DNA of 64,000 nt from Theionarchaea archaeon (GTDB lineage Archaea > Methanobacteriota_B > Thermococci > Methanofastidiosales > SZ-28-30). This document shows, one piece after another, positions 30,105-38,461 of the stretch. How positions within the stretch are numbered: the first letter of the stretch is position 1; each line of letters opens with the position of its first letter. The position numbers and the translations under genes are program-made. The notes below the pieces were generated by a model, which saw only the letters and a program-made list of their open reading frames with translations, was not told the DNA's origin and made no database searches. The DNA is taken from assembly GCA_018992685.1 (NCBI GenBank), contig JACVGT010000011.1:178094-242093 (forward strand), given 5' to 3'.

Positions 30105-30155
30105 CCAGTTCTCGAGGTTGCCAATGCTTTTAAAGAACAGAACACACTATCTCCC

Positions 30156-30974
30156 ATGGATATGACAGCAGAAACCATCCTCAATCAGTTACTGGTAGAG
30201 GACATTGGATTTGGGGATATCACATCTCAGTTGCTGGTAGATGAGAGGGGTACAGCCAGCATCATAACCAAGGAGGATTGTATCCTCTCAGGAGCTGAAT
30301 ATGCGAAATATCTGTTCGACGTGAGAGGAGCTGATTGTCATCTTCCGTGCCATGAAGGGCAGAGGATAGCCAATGGGACGGCGGTTTTGACTGTTGAGGG
30401 ATTGTACAGGACCATATTCGAAGTGGAAAGGACAGCTCTCAACCTCCTCACGAGGATGTCTGGCATTGCTACCCAGACTCGCACACTAGTGGACATGGTT
30501 CATGAGGTCAATCCTCACTGCCGGGTGGCTGCAACCAGGAAAACTGTTTTGCGGTACTTTGACAAGAGGGCAGTGATAACCGGAGGTGGCGATCCTCATC
30601 GGTTCAGACTGGATGACCTGATTCTCTTAAAGGACAACCATGTAAAGATACTGGGGATAAGAGAAGCTCTCACCCGGGCCAGACAATTTTCTTTCTCCAA
30701 GAAAGTGGAAATCGAAGTGTCTACTGTAGAAGACGCGGTCACTGCCTGCAAGTGTGGGGCTGATATTATCATGCTGGACAACATGGACCTGGACACCACC
30801 AGGAATGCAGTGGAAGCAGTGAAGAAGATTTCACCCGGAGTATTGGTTGAGGCCTCAGGAAACATGACGCAGGAAAATATTACAGCATATGCTGAAACGG
30901 GAGTAGATATTATCTCGTTAGGAACCATAACCCACTCTGTCAGGGCAATCAACATGAGCCTGGAGGTTGTGTAG
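30156..30974 (+). CDS. nadC: Quinolinate phosphoribosyltransferase
   Basis: GDITS, ERTALN, ATRKT, HRFRLDD, LKDNH, IMLDN and EASG motifs. Confidence 0.95.
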   Translation: MDMTAETILNQLLVEDIGFGDITSQLLVDERGTASIITKEDCILSGAEYAKYLFDVRGADCHLPCHEGQRIANGTAVLTVEGLYRTIFEVERTALNLLTRMSGIATQTRTLVDMVHEVNPHCRVAATRKTVLRYFDKRAVITGGGDPHRFRLDDLILLKDNHVKILGIREALTRARQFSFSKKVEIEVSTVEDAVTACKCGADIIMLDNMDLDTTRNAVEAVKKISPGVLVEASGNMTQENITAYAETGVDIISLGTITHSVRAINMSLEVV

Positions 30975-31061
30975 TGGGGTTGAAAGAGGGGATATGCCGT
31001 GAGTACTGCACAGACAGGCACTCTTTTTGTTATATCTCGAGGAACAGGTGCGTGTATCTGA

Positions 31062-31829
31062 ATGATTCAGGTAACTGACCTCGTCATGCTTAGACTGTGT
31101 CCATACCGCTTCTACCTGGAAAGAATACAGAAAAAAAAAGCCCCCACCACTCAGGAAATGTACCTGGGTACTGTCTACCACAAGATAGCTGAGGAGACAG
31201 TACGACGCGATAGTCTGATCATTACGGAATTGAAGGAGGGATGTAAACCCCGCCAGATCTTTGATCTTCTATATGTGGAGTACTGCAGAGTGATACGGAA
31301 TGTCATCTTGAGAAGGAAGACCAAGTTACGATCACTGAATATTGATGCTGAGAACCTATCACAGGAATTGAGGGAGTTCTACAAGGAGATTGCTATCCAA
31401 AAAGCCCTTTCTGTGAAAAGAGCACTTGAAAAAAGGGAAGAGGAAGTCATTGTAGGAAACGTGGAGTACAGAATTGAGGATGCGGAACTAGAATTATTGG
31501 GAAGGGTTGATCGCATTGAGATCCACGGAGATCTCCTGCTTCCTGTAGAGATTAAAACGGTGGAAAAGAAGAGACCAACCTTCAGTGAAATGCTGCAGCT
31601 TGCTGGATATGCCTTGCTGCTGGAAAGGGAGAGATGTACTGTAGTGAACAAAGGGATAATCGAGTATCCTTCTACACGGATTATTGTGGATATCCCGGAC
31701 AAGTTCAAAGAAAACGTTGTGAACCTGAGGGATCATGCTCTCAAAATCCTGGCAGGAGAAGTCCCTGAAAAGGTGAGAACAGATAAGTGTGACAGGTGCC
31801 AGTTTTTTGATGTATGCTGGAATGAATGA
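31062..31829 (+). CDS. cas4: Solo Cas4-family PD-(D/E)XK exonuclease with Fe-S cluster
   Basis: N-terminal CP, GTVYH, GRVD, VEIK, QLAGY, C-terminal CxxCxxxxxC. Confidence 0.8.
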   Translation: MIQVTDLVMLRLCPYRFYLERIQKKKAPTTQEMYLGTVYHKIAEETVRRDSLIITELKEGCKPRQIFDLLYVEYCRVIRNVILRRKTKLRSLNIDAENLSQELREFYKEIAIQKALSVKRALEKREEEVIVGNVEYRIEDAELELLGRVDRIEIHGDLLLPVEIKTVEKKRPTFSEMLQLAGYALLLERERCTVVNKGIIEYPSTRIIVDIPDKFKENVVNLRDHALKILAGEVPEKVRTDKCDRCQFFDVCWNE

Positions 31830-31943
31830 GCATGAATCTTCATTGCTATTCTTATTCATGCCCCAATTGTTTCTGTGTGAATTAAGAAAAACCACACCAG
31901 GAAAGGGGTTCATCTGCCCACACGGGGGATTCGCTGTAACCAG

Positions 31944-32426
31944 TCATCTGAGATGCTTGCACCTGATTGTGTACAGCAACACTGAGGCCAACAGAGTCCC
32001 ACCACAAAAGAGATACATGTAGATGGGAGAAACCAAGTATAATGGATTCCTCTTGAAAGGGTAGAAAGCGGTTATTTCCCTGTATATAAGTGAATCAATG
32101 ACGATATGAAAGTGAAGCCCAAAAAAAGAGCTCCCTAGCACCTTTTCAAATGATGAACATTGCTGTAGGCCGAAATCGGTTGTTACTCCTCTGATTCCAT
32201 CCTGCATTGCATACATGACACATGCTGTGATGAGAGCCAGGGGGGAGCTGCCTACAAAGCTGTGAAAGAGCCCATGTGCGGGGTAGTCGAGGGACAATCC
32301 AAGGACTACGAGAGGTTCAAGGTCGATGAGCGTGGTAGTTGTCAGCAATGTAGCAAAGTCAACCCTTTGAAACCCGGCCAATCCAATCAAAGATGTGGGC
32401 CCCCAGTGGAATGGTGTAAACGGCAT
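31944..32426 (-). CDS. Membrane-bound metal-dependent hydrolase-like protein
   Basis: MPFTPFH, DLEP, HGLFHS, HIVID and NPLY motifs. Confidence 0.75.
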   Translation of the reverse strand: MPFTPFHWGPTSLIGLAGFQRVDFATLLTTTTLIDLEPLVVLGLSLDYPAHGLFHSFVGSSPLALITACVMYAMQDGIRGVTTDFGLQQCSSFEKVLGSSFFGLHFHIVIDSLIYREITAFYPFKRNPLYLVSPIYMYLFCGGTLLASVLLYTIRCKHLR

Positions 32427-32517
32427 AATGCCATTCACCACTCTCCACATATGTACTTATGTGTTGCTCCTTCCACTCCGGGATACAGAACCAGTTAGGG
32501 AAGAGTGTGAGAAGGTT

Positions 32518-33954
32518 CTATCTTCTCAGTGTATGCATGGCCCCGAAAGCTATCAGAATCGAAATAAGCAGTGTTCCTGCGCAGACTTGGGGGCCCTGAC
32601 GAGGACATCCATTATTTTCAAAAAGGCCCGATTGATTGGGGCAATTGTCCAGGCAATCGTTCACACCGTCCCCATCTGAATCTCTGGGACATCCCACTGA
32701 ATCAACGGTTCGACATTCCGGATTGTAGCACTGATCCTGATCATCAGGGACACCATCATCATCAGAATCGGATTCAGGACAGCCATCATCCTTCTCCCCG
32801 AACTCGTCTGGACACTGGTCTACGCAGTCATTCAGCAAATCTTCATCGGTGTCCATCGGACACCCCTGTGAATCTACCACAGTACAGTCCGGATTAGAGC
32901 ATTGATCCTGATTGTCTGATACTCCGTCTCCATCTGAATCCGTCTCTGTATCTGCGGAACCAGCCGGGCAGCCGTAGTTCGCCGAGGAACCGGCCTGTCC
33001 AACACATCTATCACTGCAGTCATCCGTTCCGTCACCATCAGTGTCTTTTGGACACCCTCGGGAGTCGACCTTGCTGCATCCGGGATTGTAGCATCCATCA
33101 CTGGCGTCGGGCACACCGTCCGCATCTCTGTCAGCACCTTCAGCAGCCCGTGTTGCAGCCCATTCAAAGATGCTCAATCCGAGTCTTTCATTATCGCCAT
33201 ACACCAGAAAGCCGTCGTGTGCACCAAATCTCCTGCTTCCTCCCACAAGGAAGTCTTTGTCTCCCACTGCTAGAACCCTTCCTTCCCCATACTCAGCAGC
33301 AGCCAACACAATGACATCTTCCCCCTCCCGGCTGCCAGCCTTTGTGGTGGGATTGCCAAAAGCCAGCCCCAGTGCTGGAGAATAAACATCCAGAGAACAT
33401 CCCTCTATATATCCAAAGTCAAAGATGTTGTAGGTTACGGGATGACGCTGAAAGGTTCTGATGATCACGAATCTTTCTGCATACCTGGAGGCCGTTTCTG
33501 TATCAGGAATCTGGTTTTCCTGTTCCATATCATACACGGTGTCAGAATTGAATTCAATCCCAAACATGGTGGAGATACTGTTGATTGGATCGATAATCCC
33601 CTGTGATGTCATTGTTCCTCCTACTTCCCCGAAGATGAGAAGACTTCCTCCGTTCTCTACGAAGTCCTTAATCGCTTCTTTCTCATACACTTCAAAGTCC
33701 AGGCTGGGAGCCAGCAAGACTAGAATGTCGTAGGCTGACAGGACATAGGAATCGATCTTCTCTTCCGAATAATCCGAAATGTATCCTTCTCTATCCAGTG
33801 CCATAATAAATCTAGAGAATTGCAGGCTTGGGTTCCATTCAGCATGATATTCGTCGAAAAGTATTCTCGTCCCCTGCTGATCAGAGTGACCTCCTACAGT
33901 GGCGAGTGATAAAAGAACGAAACTGATCAGGATGTAATAGATATTTCTTGTCAT
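32518..33954 (-). CDS. Secreted DUF4350/GldG-like domain plus thrombospondin type 3 repeat protein with C-terminal anchor
   Basis: Signal peptide, ILFDEYH, FVENGGSL, three DxDGVxDxxDxC...GCP units, terminal CAGT + hydrophobic helix + RR. Confidence 0.85.
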   Translation of the reverse strand: MTRNIYYILISFVLLSLATVGGHSDQQGTRILFDEYHAEWNPSLQFSRFIMALDREGYISDYSEEKIDSYVLSAYDILVLLAPSLDFEVYEKEAIKDFVENGGSLLIFGEVGGTMTSQGIIDPINSISTMFGIEFNSDTVYDMEQENQIPDTETASRYAERFVIIRTFQRHPVTYNIFDFGYIEGCSLDVYSPALGLAFGNPTTKAGSREGEDVIVLAAAEYGEGRVLAVGDKDFLVGGSRRFGAHDGFLVYGDNERLGLSIFEWAATRAAEGADRDADGVPDASDGCYNPGCSKVDSRGCPKDTDGDGTDDCSDRCVGQAGSSANYGCPAGSADTETDSDGDGVSDNQDQCSNPDCTVVDSQGCPMDTDEDLLNDCVDQCPDEFGEKDDGCPESDSDDDGVPDDQDQCYNPECRTVDSVGCPRDSDGDGVNDCLDNCPNQSGLFENNGCPRQGPQVCAGTLLISILIAFGAMHTLRR

Positions 33955-34599
33955 GGTAATTCCTCCATCTTTTGTAGAGGCTTGGCTATAAAAGCCTTTT
34001 GATACCGATAGTGACTATTTGCTGAACAGTTTCCCTGTTAGTGCCCCATGAAGGCGCAACCTGGCTAAATAATCTGATTCATGGAGAATCTGGACGACTA
34101 TCTGTTCAGAAATCTGAGAAGATCACTAATCACCGATAAGAAAGGGGACTCTGAGCCATCCGAGAGGCGAGGGTATACAGTCACTGAGGGGCCACATTGC
34201 GGTGGGATTTCCAAACAAAATACCTCGGGCAATGCTGATGCGGGACATTTGAGATAACTTGCACCTCATGGGCTAGACCCCGCCGTAGGAAATGAGAAGA
34301 TAGGCCAATAATGTTGCCAGGAAGGGCGCGACTTGGCATATGTTCTATATGTATTCGAGAGGTTCTTTTACCATGTTGGTGGCTAGTAACTGGTTCTGGT
34401 CCACAATCTCTTGAACTTCAACCACTCCGGTTACCACCTCATTTTCTATTTCCTTAGATTATTTCCTTTCTTCCCATCATTTCTTATTTTTCAAGCACAA
34501 AGTGCAATGTTATCGTGGAGATTTTCCTCGCTATCTCCTAGGAGCGCTCAGCGTCGCAAATATTTATAAAGGATCATCCGAAAGACACAGTGGATTCCC

Positions 34600-35283
34600 A
34601 TGAAAAAAATAGCTATCATCGGTGGAACTGGAGACCTGGGATACGGACTGGCCTTGCGCTGGGCAAAGGCCGGGAGAGAGATAATCATAGGGTCCAGACA
34701 GGAAGAAAAAGCAGTGAAAGCGGCTGAGGAAATCAGGAACGTTCTTGGTGACAGCGTGACCGTATCAGGAATGGGAAACTTCGAAGCTACCAAGAATGCC
34801 CAGATCACTGTTCTATCAGTTCCTTTCCAGTTTCTTGTTCCTACTATGAGACAGATTCGGGATGCCATAGAAGAGGGCGACATTCTCATAAGTGTTATTG
34901 TCCCTCTTGCAGTAGAGATTGGAGGATTCTCTCCTACACAGGTGGTCACTCCCTGGCAGGGTTCTGCAGCTGAACTAGTGCAGTCTCTAGCCCCTCCGGG
35001 TGCTCAGGTGGTGAGTGCCTTCCAGAACATGAGTGCATTCAGGCTTCAGGACACAGATAATGAGGTGGATTGCGATGCAATCGTTTCGGGTCCGAAAACG
35101 GCTCGAAAGGAAGTCATAGAACTTGCTGGACTCATTCCTGGTGTACGAGGTATTGATGGAGGGCGGCTTGACTATGCTCGATTGGTGGAACCCATCACTG
35201 CGCTCCTCATAGGCCTGAATATCCGTTATAAGAACAGGGAAGGAATTGGAATCCGCTTTACATATGTAAATGAGGAGATATAG
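34600..35283 (+). CDS. npdG: NADPH-dependent F420 reductase
   Basis: IAIIGGTGDLGYGLA, IIGSR, GSAAE and VVSAFQN motifs. Confidence 0.9.
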   Translation: MKKIAIIGGTGDLGYGLALRWAKAGREIIIGSRQEEKAVKAAEEIRNVLGDSVTVSGMGNFEATKNAQITVLSVPFQFLVPTMRQIRDAIEEGDILISVIVPLAVEIGGFSPTQVVTPWQGSAAELVQSLAPPGAQVVSAFQNMSAFRLQDTDNEVDCDAIVSGPKTARKEVIELAGLIPGVRGIDGGRLDYARLVEPITALLIGLNIRYKNREGIGIRFTYVNEEI

Positions 35284-35328
35284 CCCGAAAGCTTTTTAAA
35301 GCTAAGAAAAAGAGAGGGATGTGATAAT

Positions 35329-35583
35329 ATGACACGTGCATACGTCCTTATAAGGTCCATGAGCCCTGACACTGACCTGCTGGCAGAAAAGATCAAGACG
35401 ATTGGAGGCATTATTGATGCCTGCGCTGTATATGGAAGTTATGACATCATTTTGGAGCTGGAAGCCAAGAATCTGAAGAGGCTGAGAGACAAGATCATCG
35501 AGATCCGAGAGCTCGAGGACATTGGTGAGACAAAGACGCTGATCCAGATGGAAGAAGGAGAGGAAAATTCTGAGGGTGATTAG
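35329..35583 (+). CDS. Stand-alone Lrp/AsnC ligand-binding (RAM) domain protein
   Basis: AYVLI...VYGSYDII...TKTLI; no HTH. Confidence 0.85.
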   Translation: MTRAYVLIRSMSPDTDLLAEKIKTIGGIIDACAVYGSYDIILELEAKNLKRLRDKIIEIRELEDIGETKTLIQMEEGEENSEGD

Positions 35584-35826
35584 ATGATTAAAGCATTTGT
35601 GATCTTGAAGACTGACTGCCCTGATATATTTGAATGTGCAGAGAAAGCCACAAAGGTTCCAGGAGTGCTCCGCGCTGTACCCCTGTATGGGGAAGGAGAC
35701 ATCATGATTGAGATGCTGGTCAAGGACTTAAGGCAGTTGAAGGTGAGAAGCAGGTTGTTGCGGGTTAATCCCCTGGTCAAGAACACGCAGACCTTTCTTT
35801 CCATGGATGAGATAAAAGGTGAATAG
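35584..35826 (+). CDS. Second stand-alone Lrp/AsnC ligand-binding domain protein
   Basis: KAFVIL...LYGEGDIM...TQTFL; starts directly after the previous stop. Confidence 0.75.
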   Translation: MIKAFVILKTDCPDIFECAEKATKVPGVLRAVPLYGEGDIMIEMLVKDLRQLKVRSRLLRVNPLVKNTQTFLSMDEIKGE

Positions 35827-36772
35827 GGCACGAGAAGGAGACTTTTTGGAGACGGTGGAAAGCCTTATTTTTGATGTGAAGGGTGTCTGTCACCCTCCAG
35901 ATCGCGTTATCAGTTTTGTAAGGTACATCCCGACTGCAGACGGAGAACGGGAGAAGGCTGGAAGGAGTTATCAGAAAGTCTATGAGCTGGAAGAGCGGTT
36001 CAGGATTTTGAGGGAACGGTTTCCTCACTATGTGTATTTTGATCCAGTTTTCAATAGAGAACTACAAGGCGTGAGTCTGAGTGACATTTCAAGGGTGTAC
36101 AAGCCGGAGGAAAAACTGAGAGAGATTCTGGAGAACACACGAGAAGGGACAGAGAAGAAAGTACGGTCACTGGTGGAGGTTCTGGGAATTCCCATGGAGA
36201 AAATCGGTGTTTCAGGAAGTATCCTGGTGGGACTTGACACACAGGATTCAGACCTGGATATTATGGTGTACGGAGAGAAGTACTGTCGGAAGGCGTATGC
36301 TGCACTGGGAAGACTGAGGGAGGATGGCGTAGTCCAGTCCTTTGATGCAGAAGGAGCCCGGGAGAAAGCTCTTTTCAGATGGGGTTCGGCTGGTGAGGCT
36401 ACTGTTGAACTGGAGAGAAAAAAAGTGACCCAGGGGCTATTTGAGGGCAGGGAGTATTTTTTCAGGTTCTTAAAGGTGGAAGAAATGCCTTATGGTGATA
36501 TTGTGTATCATCCCTTGTACAAAACACACGTAACGGCATGCATCAGTGATGATTCTGATCGTATTTTTACTCCCTGTGTATATGGCGTGAGAGGGTGTTC
36601 CGTGAGTGGTGTTACAAGGTTGGTGAGTCCAAGAGGACGATTCTGTGAGCAGGCATCCCAGGGAGAGGTAGTAAGAGCCAGGGGTACCCTGGAGAAAGTT
36701 GAAGAGAGGGGAAATGTCTTCTTGCAGCTCGTCCTGCAGGATAATGATGATTTTCTCATTCCTTATTCGTAG
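35819..36772 (+). CDS. Archaeal predicted nucleotidyltransferase (COG1665-like)
   Basis: VKG..HPPDR..RY, GVSGS...SDLDIMVYG Pol-beta motif, GRFCEQ OB-like C-terminus. Confidence 0.8.
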   Translation: MNRAREGDFLETVESLIFDVKGVCHPPDRVISFVRYIPTADGEREKAGRSYQKVYELEERFRILRERFPHYVYFDPVFNRELQGVSLSDISRVYKPEEKLREILENTREGTEKKVRSLVEVLGIPMEKIGVSGSILVGLDTQDSDLDIMVYGEKYCRKAYAALGRLREDGVVQSFDAEGAREKALFRWGSAGEATVELERKKVTQGLFEGREYFFRFLKVEEMPYGDIVYHPLYKTHVTACISDDSDRIFTPCVYGVRGCSVSGVTRLVSPRGRFCEQASQGEVVRARGTLEKVEERGNVFLQLVLQDNDDFLIPYS

Positions 36773-36848
36773 ACCCGATTGCCTGGAGAGAGAATAGCAT
36801 CATCAAGGTTTAACAGTCCCAGGGATAGCGTGTAATCCCGGCAGGTAA

Positions 36849-37253
36849 TCAGGATTCTACTTCGTATCCTGCGTCAACCCACGCACTATAGTTCCCTTCC
36901 AGACGATATACCGTTGTGAATCCAGCGTCCACGAGGATTCGTGCTGCCTGCATTGAAACACTGTCACTGTGACAGTAAACAAGGTACGGTGCATTCTTGT
37001 CAAGAGTAGGAATCACTCTGTCTAGGGTACCATCTCCCATGGGGTAGTTCACAGCTCCTGGTAAATGACCCTGTTCGTAAAAAAGGGAAACGTCTACAAT
37101 GATGAGTCCCGGGCTATCTCTTATGAGGAGGGTTGCTTCTTCAGGTGTCACATCAGTATACTCTATCTCAGTTTCACTCTCTTGTTGGAGGCATCCAGAA
37201 CATACCAGTGCTACTACTACCAGCATTCTTGAAAGGCGGTTCATGTGTCTCAA
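36849..37253 (-). CDS. Rhodanese-like lipoprotein
   Basis: CSGC lipobox, GHLPGA, VYCH and LEGNYSAW motifs. Confidence 0.85.
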   Translation of the reverse strand: MRHMNRLSRMLVVVALVCSGCLQQESETEIEYTDVTPEEATLLIRDSPGLIIVDVSLFYEQGHLPGAVNYPMGDGTLDRVIPTLDKNAPYLVYCHSDSVSMQAARILVDAGFTTVYRLEGNYSAWVDAGYEVES

Positions 37254-37369
37254 CTATATACTTTTGACGAATCGAGGAATATAAATGCTTTCATTCTGAC
37301 ATAACCGTTCAGGTCTCCTACCGGTTGGCAGGAGCAGAAGATATCACCCTACCCATTCGACTCTGAGAA

Positions 37370-38122
37370 CTACTGCTTCTTCAACTTGAAAATAAGGAAG
37401 TGACACACTCTCCAGTCATCTTTAAAGGCTGGATATTTCTCAATCATTTCTTTAGAAGGGGATGGCTCAGCCAAATCTTCTATGGTAAACCCTGCGCTCT
37501 TAATTGCTCTGAAATAGCTTGTCAACGTTCTGTGGAAAAGCAGCACCCCATTTTTTGCCCCTGGAGGATAGGGCTGTTCATAAGGCACCTCATCAAAGTA
37601 TCGATCCACCTTCCAGTACAACCTTTTACCCTCATTGTCCTTGATCCACGCGCTCTCAGGAGTGCCAAAACAGGGATGAATAATTGAAAGAATCAGTAGT
37701 CCATTTCTCACCAGCAATTTGTTCATCTCATTCAATGCCTTTTCATAGTCGGGAAGATCCTGTAACACCATATTTGACACAATAATATCAAAAGTCTCAC
37801 TCTCCAGGAAATCAAGGTTCTCGCAATTACCATGGTGATAGTCTATGGGATAGCCTTTAGGCGTTCTTTTTCGGGCAATCTCTAACATTTTCCGTGAGTA
37901 ATCCACAGCCACTACAGTTGCTCCCTTTTCGGCGAGAATGCGGCTCAGGTATCCTTCACCACATCCTGCGTCAAGTATTCGCTTGTGATCAACTGACCCC
38001 AGGAACTTGAATAATACAGGATTTATCAGCACTTCTCTAGAAGGATCACCCAGTGGTGTAAACCGAGCTGTCAATTCTTCTGCATGGGATTCCCATCTCT
38101 TGATGACTTCTTTCATGTTCAT
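37370..38122 (-). CDS. Class I SAM-dependent methyltransferase
   Basis: ILDAGCGEG, HPCF and FHRTL motifs. Confidence 0.9.
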   Translation of the reverse strand: MNMKEVIKRWESHAEELTARFTPLGDPSREVLINPVLFKFLGSVDHKRILDAGCGEGYLSRILAEKGATVVAVDYSRKMLEIARKRTPKGYPIDYHHGNCENLDFLESETFDIIVSNMVLQDLPDYEKALNEMNKLLVRNGLLILSIIHPCFGTPESAWIKDNEGKRLYWKVDRYFDEVPYEQPYPPGAKNGVLLFHRTLTSYFRAIKSAGFTIEDLAEPSPSKEMIEKYPAFKDDWRVCHFLIFKLKKQ

Positions 38123-38461
38123 TTCATCACCATTTCTGTTCTACAGGTACCTTCCTGAGATCATAGCCTTTTGGTGCCCTACCATTGCAGCAACAGTTCT
38201 GTCGAACAAGAGGTCATTACAGGGGAGTAGACTCTTGAGCCTTTTCCCCTCTGCACAATACGCATCGGTCTGTGTCGAAGTCAAAAGAAGTGCTGAGTAT
38301 TTATACCTTTCTTTTGACAGTATGACGAATCTTATGACGTTGGTTGGTGCTCTGGCAGGTGCAGTGCTGGCAGAGATCATGCGTGGAGCAAGACAGGGTT
38401 TCACTAGAAGGACTGAAATATCCAACCATATCTTTTTATATATATATGCCAAGAAAACCTA

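Noticed and set aside
31062-31829. CRISPR-Cas locus around cas4
   Set aside because: No repeat-spacer array or other cas genes seen in the window
34020-34340. RNase P or SRP RNA
   Set aside because: Only a short GGAAATCCCACC resemblance on the minus strand; the other conserved P4 or SRP helix-8 elements were not found
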